Origin: an uncultured Actinomycetes bacterium
Lineage (GTDB): Bacteria; Actinomycetota; Actinomycetes; Streptosporangiales; Streptosporangiaceae
DNA length: 64,000 nt
Direction of reading: 5' to 3'
NCBI GenBank assembly: GCA_963837515.1
Contig: CAWINT010000011.1
Coordinates: forward strand, 249,242-313,241
Position numbers and translations under genes: made by a program. The stretch's first letter is position 1. Every line of letters begins with the position of its first letter. The notes beneath the pieces are model-generated. The model made no database searches. It was not told the DNA's origin and saw only the letters and a list, made by a program, of their open reading frames with translations. This document shows positions 35,056 through 45,234 of this stretch, one piece after another.

Positions 35056-35739
35056 TCAGCACGCCCGCTGGATGACGAGCGCCTTGGCCAGCGCCCCCCA
35101 CTCGTAGGCGATCTGGTACGGCCAGTCGTACCAGGGCGGGGACACCGCCACGACGTACAGCTGCCCGGGGAAGCAGCGGCCGGCCCGGATCCGGGCGCGG
35201 GTGTCCTGCGCCCGCGAGGTCACCAGGACCACGGACCGCCAGTGGTACCGCTGCGCCAGGCGGCCCACGGCCTGCGCTTCGCCCTGGGTGGTGGCCGGGT
35301 CCGGCTCGAAGCAGATCAGCCTGGCCCCGGGCGGCCCGGACGGGCAGGGACCGCCGTAGCCGTCATGGCCGCGGGAGACGACGAGTACCGGCGCCCGGTG
35401 CGCCCGGGCCAGCCGCTCCGCGGCCGGGAGCCGGTCGCCGGGCCCGGCCAGCATCACGATCGCGCTGACCCGCGGCGGCATGCCCTGGGCGGGCCACACC
35501 AGCAGCCGCGCGGTCGCCACGCCGAACAGGGCCGCCATCGCCAGAGCCGCCGCCGTCAGCCGCCGTGCCCAGCGGGGCAGCCGCCGTCCCCGGATGGCCG
35601 TCGCCCCCGCGGCCCGGCCCGTACCCGTACTTGTGCCGATCGGCACGCCTCCCCCAGCGTTCTCCGGTACCCGACCGACACGGTACCAGCGGGACCTGGA
35701 GGCACCGGCCGGGCGGCCGCGGTCCCGGGCCGTGCTCAC
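35056..35739 (-). CDS. YdcF/DUF218 family protein (SanA-like), membrane-anchored
   Basis: 227 aa. An N-terminal TM (LTAAALAMAALFGVATARLLVW) is followed by IVMLAGPGDRL...VLVVSRG...TTQGEA...VVLVTSRAQ, typical of DUF218. The true start may be internal. Confidence 0.55.
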   Translation of the reverse strand: MSTARDRGRPAGASRSRWYRVGRVPENAGGGVPIGTSTGTGRAAGATAIRGRRLPRWARRLTAAALAMAALFGVATARLLVWPAQGMPPRVSAIVMLAGPGDRLPAAERLARAHRAPVLVVSRGHDGYGGPCPSGPPGARLICFEPDPATTQGEAQAVGRLAQRYHWRSVVLVTSRAQDTRARIRAGRCFPGQLYVVAVSPPWYDWPYQIAYEWGALAKALVIQRAC

Positions 35740-35934
35740 CCCGGATGATCGCCCGCTAGCTCAGCGTGAATAGGCCGTCAAGTGGCTCGGCGGCGAGGAA
35801 ATTATGTCCGGCCTGGTCGTATTGTGCGCCCATGTGGTCGTGAACTAGCGTACTTGAGCACGCGTCTCCTTTATGTACCCGCCGGTCACGGGGCAGGTAC
35901 GGGGGCCGGGAGCGCGTATCGGGGGGTGGGAACC

Positions 35935-37395
35935 GTGTCTACTAACACGGCTGTCAGGGCGGGCCGGCGAGGCGGTTTGGCCTGGCGGGACGCCATGGCA
36001 CCGGTCGTGTGGACGGCCAACTACCGGCGGGCCGCGGCCGGCCTGGACGTCATCTCTGCCCTGGCGGCGGGGTTCATCGCGTTCGAGGTCCGCTTCGACC
36101 GCCAGGGCTCCCGGCCGGCCGAGTACCTGGCGCTCAGCGCGCTGCTGCCGGTCCTGTGGATCGCGTCGGTCGCCCTGGCCGGGGGCTACGACCCGCGGTT
36201 CATCGGGGTCGGCTCGGATGAGTTCCGCAAGATCCTCAACGCGGCGGTGAGCCTGACCGCGGGCATCGCCATCGCGTCCTACGCGGTCAAGTTCGACGTG
36301 GCCCGGGGCTACGTGGTGCTGGCCCTGCCGATTCTCGCGGCGTTCGATCTCACCGGCCGCTACCTGCTCCGCAAAGAGCTGCACAAGCGGCGGCGCCGGG
36401 GCCGGTACATGCGGCGGACGGTGGTGGCCGGCCACCAGCCGGCGGTGGCGGACCTGGTCACCCAGCTGCGCCGGGACAGCCACCACGGCATGTCCGTGGT
36501 GGCCGTGTGCGTGGCCGGGCCGCGCAGCGAGGACGAAGTGGCCGGGGTCCCGGTGGCCGGCGGGCTGGACAGCGTGGCCGCCACGGTGACCGAGGTGCAG
36601 GCGGACACGGTGGCCGTGCTGGCCTGCCCGGAGATGAACGGCCGCCGGCTCCGGGAGCTCGCCTGGAACCTGGAGAAGAGCAGCACCGACATGTGCGTCG
36701 CATCGGCCCTGCTCGATGTCGCCGGGCCGCGCACGACCATCCGCCCCGTGGCCGGGCTCCCGCTGCTGCACGTCAACCACCCGGAACTGGCCGGGGCCAG
36801 GCAGGTGGTCAAAGGGGTGTTCGACCGGGTGCTGGCCGGGCTGGTTCTCATCCTCGTCGCGCCCCTGTTCGCGGCCATCGCGCTGACCATCAAGCTGGCG
36901 GATCGCGGGCCGGTCTTCTTCCGGCAGACCCGGGTGGGCCGGGACGGGCACACCTTCCGGGTGTGGAAGTTCCGCACCATGGTGGTGGACGCGGAAGCCC
37001 GCAAGGCGGAACTCATGGCGCGTAACGAGGCCGACGGGGCGCTGTTCAAGATGCGCCGGGATCCGCGGGTGACGCGGATCGGGACCGTGCTGCGCCGCTG
37101 GTCACTCGATGAGCTCCCGCAGCTGCTCAACGTGCTTCTGGGGGAGATGTCCCTGGTGGGGCCCAGGCCGGCGCTGCCGGCCGAGGCGGCGAAGTACGGG
37201 GATCACATGCGGCGCCGGCTCGCGGTCAAGCCGGGCATCACCGGGCTGTGGCAGGTGAGCGGCCGGTCCGACCTGTCCTGGGACGAGGCCGAGCGGCTGG
37301 ATGTCCGCTATGTGGAGAACTGGTCCCTGGCGCTCGACGTCCAGGTCCTGTGGAAGACCCTGTCCGCCGTGCTGCACGGTTCCGGCGCCTACTGA
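35935..37395 (+). CDS. Exopolysaccharide polyprenyl-phosphate glycosyl-phosphotransferase (large WbaP-type PGT), copy 1
   Basis: ORF track 35782..37395. Start set to the in-frame GTG at 35935 (GGGGGTGGGA upstream), which matches the length of paralog 2. C-terminal sugar-transferase motifs GPVFFRQTRVGRDGHTFRVWKFRTM, DELPQLLNVLLGEMSLVGPRP, PGITGLWQVSGRSD. Confidence 0.75.
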   Translation: MSTNTAVRAGRRGGLAWRDAMAPVVWTANYRRAAAGLDVISALAAGFIAFEVRFDRQGSRPAEYLALSALLPVLWIASVALAGGYDPRFIGVGSDEFRKILNAAVSLTAGIAIASYAVKFDVARGYVVLALPILAAFDLTGRYLLRKELHKRRRRGRYMRRTVVAGHQPAVADLVTQLRRDSHHGMSVVAVCVAGPRSEDEVAGVPVAGGLDSVAATVTEVQADTVAVLACPEMNGRRLRELAWNLEKSSTDMCVASALLDVAGPRTTIRPVAGLPLLHVNHPELAGARQVVKGVFDRVLAGLVLILVAPLFAAIALTIKLADRGPVFFRQTRVGRDGHTFRVWKFRTMVVDAEARKAELMARNEADGALFKMRRDPRVTRIGTVLRRWSLDELPQLLNVLLGEMSLVGPRPALPAEAAKYGDHMRRRLAVKPGITGLWQVSGRSDLSWDEAERLDVRYVENWSLALDVQVLWKTLSAVLHGSGAY

Positions 37396-37537
37396 CGGTT
37401 CCGGCCGCGGGCCGTTGTCTGTGATTGTCGCGACATCAGTGCTGAGCTGACGGTATGACGTGAACCATCCGGCCCGGCTGGGAGTCCTGTTTATGCGGCC
37501 TTTGGGGTGAGGGGGGGCCGTCAGGCGGGGCCGATGG

Positions 37538-39004
37538 GTGGTGGGGAACGTGCTGGGTGACGTGGCCGTCACGACGAGACGCAGAGTGCAGGTGCGCAGC
37601 GCACCGGAGGCGGTGACGTGGACGCGGGCCTACCTGCGCCGCGCTGCGCTGGGGGACGCGGTCTGCGCCGCGGCGACGGGGCTCGTCGCCTTCCAGGTGC
37701 GCTTCGGGGACGAGCACTACCGGGTGGGCGCCTACCTCCTGTTCAGCCTGCTGCTGCCGGTGCTGTGGCACGGGTTCCTGCGGATGGCCGGCGGCTACGA
37801 CCCCCGGTTCATCGGGGTCGGCTCGGATGAGTTCCGTAAGGTGCTGAACGCGGCGGCGGCGCTCACCTCGTGCCTCGCCATCGCCTCCTACGCGGTCAAG
37901 TTCGAGTTCGCCCGCGGCTACGTCCTCGTCGCCCTGCCGGTCATGACCGTGGCCGATCTCGGGGTCCGGTACCGGCTCCGCAAGCGGCTGCACCGGATGC
38001 GCGCCGACGGCGCCTGCATGCGCAAGGTGCTGGCCGTCGGGCACGCCGCGGCCGTCGCCGACCTCGTCGCTGAGCTGCGCCGTGACACCTTTCACGGCCT
38101 GGCCGTGGTGGGAGCCTGCCTGCCGGACGGCAGCATGCTGAACCAGATCGCCGGCGTGCCCGTCGTCGGCGGGCTGCGCAACGTGCCGGACGGGGTGGCC
38201 CACGCCGGGGCGGACACGGTCGCGGTGCTCTCCTGCCCCGAGATGAACGGCACCCGGCTCCGCCAGCTGGCCTGGGACCTGGAGAAGACCGGCACGGACA
38301 TGTGCGTCGCGCCGGCCCTGCTCGACGTGTCCGGCCCGCGGACCACCATCCGCCCGGTGGCCGGGCTGACCCTGCTGCACATCGACCACCCGGAGCTGAC
38401 CGGCAGCAAGCAGGTGCTCAAGGGGATCTTCGACAAGGCCGTCGCGACGACCGCGCTGCTGGTCCTCGCCCCCTTGTTCGCGGTCGTCATGCTGGCCATC
38501 AGGCTGGATGACCGCGGGCCGGTCTTCTTCCGGCAGACCCGGGTCGGCCAGGACGGCCACACCTTCTCGCTGTGGAAGTTCCGGACCATGGTGGTGGACG
38601 CCGAGCAGCGCAAGGCCGAACTGGCCGCCCTGAACGAAGGGGCCGGAGTGCTGTTCAAGCTGCGCAAGGACCCCCGGGTAACCAAGGCCGGCAGCTGGCT
38701 GCGCCGTTACTCCCTGGACGAGCTGCCGCAGTTGCTCAACGTGCTGACGGGAGACATGTCCCTGGTCGGGCCGCGGCCGGTGCTGCCGGACGAGGCGGCC
38801 CAGTACGGCAACAGCATGCGCCGGCGGCTGGTGGTGAAGCCCGGGATCACCGGGCTCTGGCAGGTCAATGGCCGGTCCGACCTGCCCTGGGACGAAGCAG
38901 TGCGCCTCGACCTGCGTTATGTGGAAAACTGGTCGCTCGCGCTGGACCTGCAGATCTTGTGGAAGACCTGGTCCGCGGTCGTCGGCGCGCACGGGGCGTA
39001 CTAG
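37538..39004 (+). CDS. Exopolysaccharide polyprenyl-phosphate glycosyl-phosphotransferase (large WbaP-type PGT), copy 2
   Basis: 488 aa, collinear with copy 1 along its whole length (GGYDPRFIGVGSDEFRK..., GPVFFRQTRVGQDGHTFSLWKFRTM, PGITGLWQVNGRSD). Confidence 0.75.
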   Translation: MVGNVLGDVAVTTRRRVQVRSAPEAVTWTRAYLRRAALGDAVCAAATGLVAFQVRFGDEHYRVGAYLLFSLLLPVLWHGFLRMAGGYDPRFIGVGSDEFRKVLNAAAALTSCLAIASYAVKFEFARGYVLVALPVMTVADLGVRYRLRKRLHRMRADGACMRKVLAVGHAAAVADLVAELRRDTFHGLAVVGACLPDGSMLNQIAGVPVVGGLRNVPDGVAHAGADTVAVLSCPEMNGTRLRQLAWDLEKTGTDMCVAPALLDVSGPRTTIRPVAGLTLLHIDHPELTGSKQVLKGIFDKAVATTALLVLAPLFAVVMLAIRLDDRGPVFFRQTRVGQDGHTFSLWKFRTMVVDAEQRKAELAALNEGAGVLFKLRKDPRVTKAGSWLRRYSLDELPQLLNVLTGDMSLVGPRPVLPDEAAQYGNSMRRRLVVKPGITGLWQVNGRSDLPWDEAVRLDLRYVENWSLALDLQILWKTWSAVVGAHGAY

Positions 39005-39048
39005 CCTGTTATTTCCGGCGCTCCGGCCGGAGGAGGAGCGCCTGCCTG

Positions 39049-39810
39049 ATGCTCAGCGATGACCACCGCCTGGCTGCCCGCCTGGCCGCCGAGGCCGGGG
39101 AACTGCTGCTCGCGCTGCGCGCCAGCAGCGGGGACCCGGACGAGCTGCGCAAAGCCGGTGACCGGCGGTCGCACGAGTTCCTCGCCGCCGAGCTGGCCCG
39201 GCACCGCCCGGACGACGCGGTGCTCTCCGAGGAGGGCCGGGACGACCCGGCCCGCCGCCGGGCCGGCCGGGTGTGGATCGTCGACCCGCTGGACGGCACC
39301 CGGGAGTTCGGCGAGCCGGGCCGCACGGACTGGGCCGTGCACGTGGCGCTGTGGGAGCGGGGCGCGCTGACCGCGGGGGCGGTCGCGCTGCCCGCCCAGG
39401 GCCAGGTGCTCAGCACCGCTGAGCCGCCACCGGCGCCCCCGGAGCCGGCCCCGGACCGCCCGGTGCGGGTGCTGGTCAGCCGGACCCGGCCACCTGCCTT
39501 CCTCACCCAGCTGGCGACATACGTGCCGCTGGAGTTCGTCCCGCTCGGCTCGGCCGGGGCCAAGGCGGCCGCGGTGATCCGCGGGGACGCCGACGCCTAC
39601 CTGCACAGTGGCGGGCAGTACGAGTGGGACTCGGCCGCCCCGGTGGCGGTGGCACAGGCCGCCGGCCTGCACGCATCCCGGCTGGACGGCTCGGCCCTGG
39701 CGTACAACCAGCCGGACCCCTGGCTGCCGGATATCCTTATCTGCCCGCCGGGTCTCGCCACCCGGCTGCTGGCCGGGCTGCGCGCCACCGGCTGCCCAGC
39801 TGCCCAGTAG
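39049..39810 (+). CDS. cysQ: 3'(2'),5'-bisphosphate nucleotidase (PAP phosphatase)
   Basis: Real start is the ATG at 39049 inside ORF 38572..39810 (MLSDDHRLAARLAAEAGELL...). Inositol-monophosphatase-family motifs VLSEEG and WIVDPLDGTREF. Confidence 0.75.
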   Translation: MLSDDHRLAARLAAEAGELLLALRASSGDPDELRKAGDRRSHEFLAAELARHRPDDAVLSEEGRDDPARRRAGRVWIVDPLDGTREFGEPGRTDWAVHVALWERGALTAGAVALPAQGQVLSTAEPPPAPPEPAPDRPVRVLVSRTRPPAFLTQLATYVPLEFVPLGSAGAKAAAVIRGDADAYLHSGGQYEWDSAAPVAVAQAAGLHASRLDGSALAYNQPDPWLPDILICPPGLATRLLAGLRATGCPAAQ

Positions 39811-39867
39811 TAGGTCCGACGGCCGGGCCGTGAGCCCGCCGGTGCCCGACAACCCGGAGTCTGCCCG

Positions 39868-40788
39868 ATGGCTGTGACGCGTTCTGACTACTCGCTATCC
39901 CAGCTCGAAGTGCTGGAGGCGGAGTCGATCCACGTGATGCGGGAGGTCGCCGCCGAGTTCGAGCGGCCGGTGCTGCTGTTCTCCGGTGGCAAGGATTCGA
40001 TCGTCATGCTGGCTCTGGCCGAACGGGCCTTCTGGCCGGCCCGGATCCCGTTCCCGGTCATGCACGTGGACACCGGGCACAACTTTCCCGAGGTGATCGG
40101 CTACCGGGACCGGCGCGTCGCCGAGGCCGGCGTGCAGCTGGTGGTGGCCTCGGTCCAGGATTCCATCGACGCCGGGCGGGTGAGCGAGGAGACCGGCCGG
40201 TGGGCCAGCCGGAACCGGCTGCAGACCACCACGCTGCTGGACGCGATCGAGGAGCACCGGTTCGACGCGGTGTTCGGCGGCGCCCGGCGCGATGAGGAGA
40301 AGGCCCGGGCCAAGGAGCGGGTGTTCTCGTTCCGGGATGAGTTCGGCCAGTGGGACCCGAAGAACCAGCGCCCCGAGCTGTGGAACGTCTACAACACCCG
40401 GATCCGGATGGGCGAGCACATCCGGGTGTTCCCGCTGTCCAACTGGACCGAGCTGGACGTGTGGCAGTACATCTCGCGGGAGAAGCTGGAGATCCCGTCG
40501 ATCTACTTCGCGCACCGGCGCCGGGTGTTCGAGCGGGACGGCATCCTGCTCGCCGAGAGTGAGCACACCCCGCGGGGCGAGGAGGAGCCGGTGTTCGAGA
40601 CCACCGTCCGGTACCGCACCGTGGGCGACATGACCTGCACGGGCGCGGTCGAGTCCACGGCCGCGGCGGTCGAGGACGTGATCGCCGAGATAGCCGCGAC
40701 CCGGATCACCGAACGCGGCCAGACCCGGGCCGACGACCGGACCAGCGAGGCGGCCATGGAAGACCGCAAGCGGGAGGGGTACTTCTGA
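39868..40788 (+). CDS. cysD: Sulfate adenylyltransferase subunit 2
   Basis: 306 aa. PAPS-reductase-fold motif LLFSGGKDS and a conserved C-terminus ...AAMEDRKREGYF. Confidence 0.9.
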   Translation: MAVTRSDYSLSQLEVLEAESIHVMREVAAEFERPVLLFSGGKDSIVMLALAERAFWPARIPFPVMHVDTGHNFPEVIGYRDRRVAEAGVQLVVASVQDSIDAGRVSEETGRWASRNRLQTTTLLDAIEEHRFDAVFGGARRDEEKARAKERVFSFRDEFGQWDPKNQRPELWNVYNTRIRMGEHIRVFPLSNWTELDVWQYISREKLEIPSIYFAHRRRVFERDGILLAESEHTPRGEEEPVFETTVRYRTVGDMTCTGAVESTAAAVEDVIAEIAATRITERGQTRADDRTSEAAMEDRKREGYF

Positions 40789-42098
40789 TGACGGCGACGG
40801 TGGAAGACGTCATCTCCCCGGAGGGAAACAGGTCGATGGACATCCTGCGGCTGGCCACGGCCGGCTCGGTGGACGACGGCAAGAGCACGCTGATCGGGCG
40901 GCTGCTGTACGACTCGAAGGCCATCTTCGAGGACCAGCTGGCGGCGGTGGAGCGGACCAGCAAGGCGCGCGGCGAGGGCTACACCAACCTCGCGCTGCTC
41001 ACCGACGGGCTGCGGGCCGAGCGGGAGCAGGGCATCACCATCGACGTGGCCTACCGGTACTTCGCCACGCCGCGGCGCAAGTTCATCATCGCGGACACCC
41101 CGGGCCACATCCAGTACACCCGCAACATGGTCACCGGCGCGTCCACCGCCGACCTGGCCGTCGTGCTGGTGGACGCGCGCAACGGGCTGACCGAGCAGAG
41201 TCGGCGGCACGCCTTCCTGGCTACCCTGCTGCGGGTGCCGCACCTGGTGCTGGCGGTCAACAAGATGGACCTGGTCGACTACGACCAGGGCGTCTTCGAG
41301 CGGATCAGCGAGGAGTTCGCCGCGTTCGCCACCAAGCTGGAGATCGGCGACCTCAGCTTCATCCCGCTGTCGGCGCTGCACGGCGACAACGTGGTCCGGC
41401 GGTCGGACAAGATGCCCTGGTACGACGGCCCCTCCCTGCTGCACCACCTGGAGCACGTGCACATCGCCTCGGACCGCAACCTGATCGACGTGCGGTTCCC
41501 GGTGCAGTACGTGATCCGCCCGCACCAGGCCACCGACCCGCAGCTGCACGACTACCGGGGCTACGCCGGCCAGGTGGCGGGCGGGGTACTCAAGCCGGGC
41601 GACGAGGTGATGCACCTGCCGTCCGGGCTGACGACGAGGATCAGCCGGATCGACACCGCCCGCGGCCCGGCCCCGGAGGCGTTCCAGCCCATGTCGGTGA
41701 CCCTGGTGCTGGAGGACGACCTGGACATCTCCCGCGGCGACATGATCTGTCGGCCGCACAACCAGCCGCTGGTCACCCAGGACGTCGAGGTGATGGTCTG
41801 CTGGATGTCGGAGAGCCGGGCGCTGGCCCCCCGGGACCGGCTGGTGGTCAAGCACACCTCGCGCACCGTCAAGGCCATCGTCCGCGACCTGCACTACCGG
41901 CTGGACGTCAATACCCTGCACCGGGACGAAAGCGCGCCGCGCCTGTCGCTGAACGAGGTCGGCCGGGTGACGCTGCGGCTGACCCAGCCGCTGTTCTGCG
42001 ACCCGTACAACCGGAACCGGCTGACCGGCGGGCTGATCCTGATCGACGAGGCGACCAACAGCACGATCGGCGCCGGGATGATCACCGAGGCTCGCTGA
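40788..42098 (+). CDS. cysN: Sulfate adenylyltransferase subunit 1 (GTPase), without an APS-kinase domain
   Basis: 436 aa. G1 GSVDDGKST, G3 DTPGH, G4 NKMD. The protein ends after the EF-Tu-like beta-barrel domains. ATGA overlap with cysD. Confidence 0.9.
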   Translation: MTATVEDVISPEGNRSMDILRLATAGSVDDGKSTLIGRLLYDSKAIFEDQLAAVERTSKARGEGYTNLALLTDGLRAEREQGITIDVAYRYFATPRRKFIIADTPGHIQYTRNMVTGASTADLAVVLVDARNGLTEQSRRHAFLATLLRVPHLVLAVNKMDLVDYDQGVFERISEEFAAFATKLEIGDLSFIPLSALHGDNVVRRSDKMPWYDGPSLLHHLEHVHIASDRNLIDVRFPVQYVIRPHQATDPQLHDYRGYAGQVAGGVLKPGDEVMHLPSGLTTRISRIDTARGPAPEAFQPMSVTLVLEDDLDISRGDMICRPHNQPLVTQDVEVMVCWMSESRALAPRDRLVVKHTSRTVKAIVRDLHYRLDVNTLHRDESAPRLSLNEVGRVTLRLTQPLFCDPYNRNRLTGGLILIDEATNSTIGAGMITEAR

Positions 42099-42148
42099 CC
42101 GGGCGCAGCCATCCGCGGGGGGGCCATCACAGCCGCGGAGGCGGACTA

Positions 42149-44326
42149 TTGCTGACACCCTTTCATGACCTGGACGACTACATGGCGCTGCCCCGGCTCA
42201 CCGGGCTGCGGCTGGCGCCGGACGGCAGCTGGCTGGCGGTCACCGTGTCCGCCCTCAGCCCGGACCGGCGCACGTTCAAGCCGAGCATCTGGCGGCTGGA
42301 CACCGGGGCGGGTCCCGGTGGGCACCGGCCCGCGGCCCGGCTGACCCGGTCCGCCGAGGGCGAGGACAGCCCGGCCTTCCTGCCCGACGGCGGCCTGCTG
42401 TTCCTGTCCGCCCGCCCGGCCACCCCGGCGTCCCGCCCGGCGCCGTCCGCACCCCCCGGGGCCCCGGCGCGGGCCGGGGCGGCCGGCGGTGGCCCGGCGC
42501 CGGGCGAGCCGGCCGGCCCGCGGGCGCTGTGGCTGCTGCCCGCGGCCGGCGGCGAGCCGTGCCTGGTCAGTTCCGCGCCCGGCGGGATCAGCCAGGTGGC
42601 GGCCGCGGCCACCGCCCCGGTGGCCGCGTTCACCGCCCCGATGCTGCCCGGCTCGGCTGGCCCGGCCGACGACGCGGACCGGCGCAAGGCCCGGGCGGAC
42701 ACGGGCGTGACCGCGATCTTGCACGAGACGCCCCTGGTCCGGTACTGGGACCATGATCTGGGCCCGGACGAGCTGCGGCTGCTGGTGACCACCGCCGGAG
42801 ACCCGGCGCCGGGGGCGGCTCCGCCGCCGGGGACGGCGGCGGAGCCGAGGGACCTGACCAGCGAACCGGGACGGGCCCTGGACGAGCACTCCTTCGAGCT
42901 GACCCCGGACGGCCATCAGGCGGTGGCCGGGTGGTCGGTGCTGGACGGCACCGGCGACGTCCGCAAGGAGGTGGCCGTGCTGGAGGTGGCCACCGGCGCC
43001 CGCCGGGTGCTGCTGTCCGCCCCGGGCACCGATTTCACTGCGCCGCGGGTGTCACCGGACGGCACCCGGGTGCTGGCCCTGGCCGAGCGGCACGAGACGT
43101 ACCACGAGCCGGCCACGGTGACCGTGGTAGTGGTGCCGCTGCACGGCGGGGACCCGGCCGACCTGCTGCCCGGCTGGGACCGCTGGCCGGTGGAGGCGGC
43201 CTGGTCAGCGGACGGGGCCAGCGTCTTCGTCACCGCCGCGGACCACGGCCGCGGCCCGGTGTTCCGCGCCCCGGTACCGGGCGTGGTGCCGGGCCCGGGC
43301 GCCGCGCCCGGTACCGGGGCGGACGCCGGGCCGACCCGGCTGACCACCGACGACGGTGCCTACTCCGGGCTGTGCCCGGCGCCGGACGGACGGTCGGTGT
43401 ACGCGCTGCGCTCGGCGGTCGACAGCCCGCCCGCCGTGGTCCGGATCGACGCCACCCGGCCCGGGCCGGCTGAGCCGCTGCCCGGGCTCGCCGGGGCCCC
43501 GGCGCTGCCCGGCCGGCTGACCGAGATCGAGGCGCAGGCCGCCGACGGCACCCCGGTCCGTGGCTGGCTGGTACTGCCGGACGGGGCCGGCCCGCAGCAG
43601 CCGGCGCCGCTGCTGCTGTGGGTGCACGGCGGCCCCTACTCGAGCTGGAACGCGTGGTCCTGGCGGTGGAACCCGTGGCTGATGGCGGCCGCGGGTTACG
43701 CGGTGCTGCTGCCGGACCCCGGGCTGTCCACCGGCTACGGGCAGCGGTTCATCGCCCGCGGGCACGGCGCCTGGGGCGGGCTGCCGTTCACCGACCTGAT
43801 GACGGTCACCGACGCGGCCACGGCCCGGGAGGACGTCGACGCGGACCGGATCGCGGCCATGGGCGGGTCGTTCGGCGGCTACATGGCGAACTGGATCGCC
43901 GGGCACACCAGCCGGTTCCGGGCCATCGTCAGCCATGCCAGCCTGTGGGCGCTGGACCAGATGTTCGGCACGACGGACCTGCCCGCGGCGTGGCGCCGCC
44001 AGCTCGGCCGCCCCGGGGACGACCGGTACTCCGACGACCGGTACGCGGCCAACTCGCCGCACCGGCACGCCGCCGCGATCAGCACTCCCATGCTGGTCAT
44101 CCACGGCGGCAAGGACTACCGGGTGCCGGTCGGCGAGGCGCTGCGGCTCTGGACGGACCTGGCCGCCCGCCCCACCCCGCTGGCCGGGGCGCGGTTCCTG
44201 TACTTCCCGGACGAGAACCACTGGGTGCTCACCCCGGGCAACGCCACCGTGTGGTACCAGACCGTGCTGGCGTTCCTGGCCGAACACGTGCTGGGCGAGA
44301 AGTGGCACCGCCCGGCGCTGCTGTGA
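42149..44326 (+). CDS. S9 family serine peptidase (beta-propeller + prolyl-oligopeptidase-type alpha/beta hydrolase)
   Basis: 725 aa (TTG start). Catalytic-serine motif GGSFGGYM and a C-terminal HGGKDYRVP...ENHW, consistent with an Asp/His triad. Contains a Pro/Ala-rich low-complexity insert (aa ~85-125). Confidence 0.8.
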   Translation: MLTPFHDLDDYMALPRLTGLRLAPDGSWLAVTVSALSPDRRTFKPSIWRLDTGAGPGGHRPAARLTRSAEGEDSPAFLPDGGLLFLSARPATPASRPAPSAPPGAPARAGAAGGGPAPGEPAGPRALWLLPAAGGEPCLVSSAPGGISQVAAAATAPVAAFTAPMLPGSAGPADDADRRKARADTGVTAILHETPLVRYWDHDLGPDELRLLVTTAGDPAPGAAPPPGTAAEPRDLTSEPGRALDEHSFELTPDGHQAVAGWSVLDGTGDVRKEVAVLEVATGARRVLLSAPGTDFTAPRVSPDGTRVLALAERHETYHEPATVTVVVVPLHGGDPADLLPGWDRWPVEAAWSADGASVFVTAADHGRGPVFRAPVPGVVPGPGAAPGTGADAGPTRLTTDDGAYSGLCPAPDGRSVYALRSAVDSPPAVVRIDATRPGPAEPLPGLAGAPALPGRLTEIEAQAADGTPVRGWLVLPDGAGPQQPAPLLLWVHGGPYSSWNAWSWRWNPWLMAAAGYAVLLPDPGLSTGYGQRFIARGHGAWGGLPFTDLMTVTDAATAREDVDADRIAAMGGSFGGYMANWIAGHTSRFRAIVSHASLWALDQMFGTTDLPAAWRRQLGRPGDDRYSDDRYAANSPHRHAAAISTPMLVIHGGKDYRVPVGEALRLWTDLAARPTPLAGARFLYFPDENHWVLTPGNATVWYQTVLAFLAEHVLGEKWHRPALL

Positions 44327-44405
44327 GCGCCCGGGGCGGCACGGTGAACGCGGTGACCAGGCCGCCGGGACCGGGCACGGGGCGGCGTATGCCAGGCTTG
44401 GCGGC

Positions 44406-45152
44406 ATGACGCGCCCGAACCTGGACAAGCGGCCCGGCGAGGTGTCCGCGATGTTCGACAAGGTCGCCGACCGCTACGACCTGCTCAACGACGTGCTGTC
44501 ACTAGGCCAGGACCGCTGGTGGCGCCGGGTGGTGGCCCGGGCGGTGGCGGCCCGGCCGGGCGAGCGGGTGCTCGACCTCGCGGCCGGCACCGGCACGTCG
44601 TCGCGGACCTTCACCACCGGCGGCGCGGACTGCGTGGCGTGTGATTTCTCGCTGGGCATGCTGCAGGCCGGCGTGCGCCGGCTCCGGTCCGCCGGGACAA
44701 CCAGCCGCCCCAACGCAACCGCGTCCCCGGCTGCCCCGCGCGGCCCGGTCTGGTTCGTGGCCGGTGACGCCACGGCCCTGCCGTTCCGCGACGCGGCCTT
44801 CGACGCGGTGACGATCTCCTTCGGGCTGCGCAACGTGACCGATGCGGGCGCCGCCCTGGCCGAGATGTTCCGGGTCACCCGCCCGGGCGGCCGCCTGGTC
44901 ATCTGCGAGTTCGGCCACCTTCCCTGGCCCGGGCTGGACCGGGCGTACGAGGCGTACCTGGCCCGGGCGCTGCCGGCCGTGGCCGGGCGGCTGTCGCCCA
45001 ACCCGGCGGCGTACCAGTACCTGGCCGAGTCCATCAAGGACTGGCCGCCGCAGGCCGACCTGGCCCGGCGGATCACCGCGGCCGGCTGGTCCGGCGTACG
45101 CTGGCAGAACCTGAGTCTCGGCATCGTCGCCGTGCACACCGCGTGGCGTTAG
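44406..45152 (+). CDS. menG: Demethylmenaquinone methyltransferase
   Basis: Start is the ATG at 44406 inside ORF 43935..45152 ([41 protein letters not shown]). SAM motif VLDLAAGTG. UbiE/MenG family. Confidence 0.85.
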   Translation: MTRPNLDKRPGEVSAMFDKVADRYDLLNDVLSLGQDRWWRRVVARAVAARPGERVLDLAAGTGTSSRTFTTGGADCVACDFSLGMLQAGVRRLRSAGTTSRPNATASPAAPRGPVWFVAGDATALPFRDAAFDAVTISFGLRNVTDAGAALAEMFRVTRPGGRLVICEFGHLPWPGLDRAYEAYLARALPAVAGRLSPNPAAYQYLAESIKDWPPQADLARRITAAGWSGVRWQNLSLGIVAVHTAWR

Positions 45153-45159
45153 CTGTGGT

Positions 45160-45181
45160 GCCCGGGGGGCGGCCCCCGGGC
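45160..45181 (+). terminator. Putative GC-rich stem-loop downstream of menG
   Basis: 9-bp perfect stem GCCCGGGGG / CCCCCGGGC with a 4-nt loop, 8 nt after the menG stop. No U-tract. Confidence 0.35.
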
Positions 45182-45234
45182 TGACGGCCTGGTTCGACCG
45201 CTCACCACGGCTGGGTCTAGACTTCGGAAAGAGC

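Noticed and set aside
34718-35101. 127-aa minus-strand ORF reading through the 14-bp repeat (..LAQPSSLSPARSAQLAQPSSLSPARSAQ..)
   Set aside because: Its periodic sequence is just the repeat translated. It overlaps the 3' ends of both convergent genes and has no start context.
1-39000. EPS locus as a recently acquired genomic island or mobile element
   Set aside because: No integrase, transposase, tRNA attachment site or flanking direct repeats were seen. By eye, GC content and codon style match the adjacent core genes.
38572-39048. 5' extensions of the cysQ ORF (38572..) and the menG ORF (43935..44405) as possible larger fusion proteins
   Set aside because: These parts overlap the preceding, well-supported genes (PGT copy 2, S9 peptidase) in another frame and show no homology-like motifs. 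The family-typical N-termini begin at 39049 and 44406.
45185-45205. GGTTCGACC, a T-loop-like motif suggesting a tRNA in the menG-menJ spacer
   Set aside because: I could not fold the flanking sequence into acceptor, D or anticodon arms, and the spacer is too short and is otherwise occupied by two hairpins.
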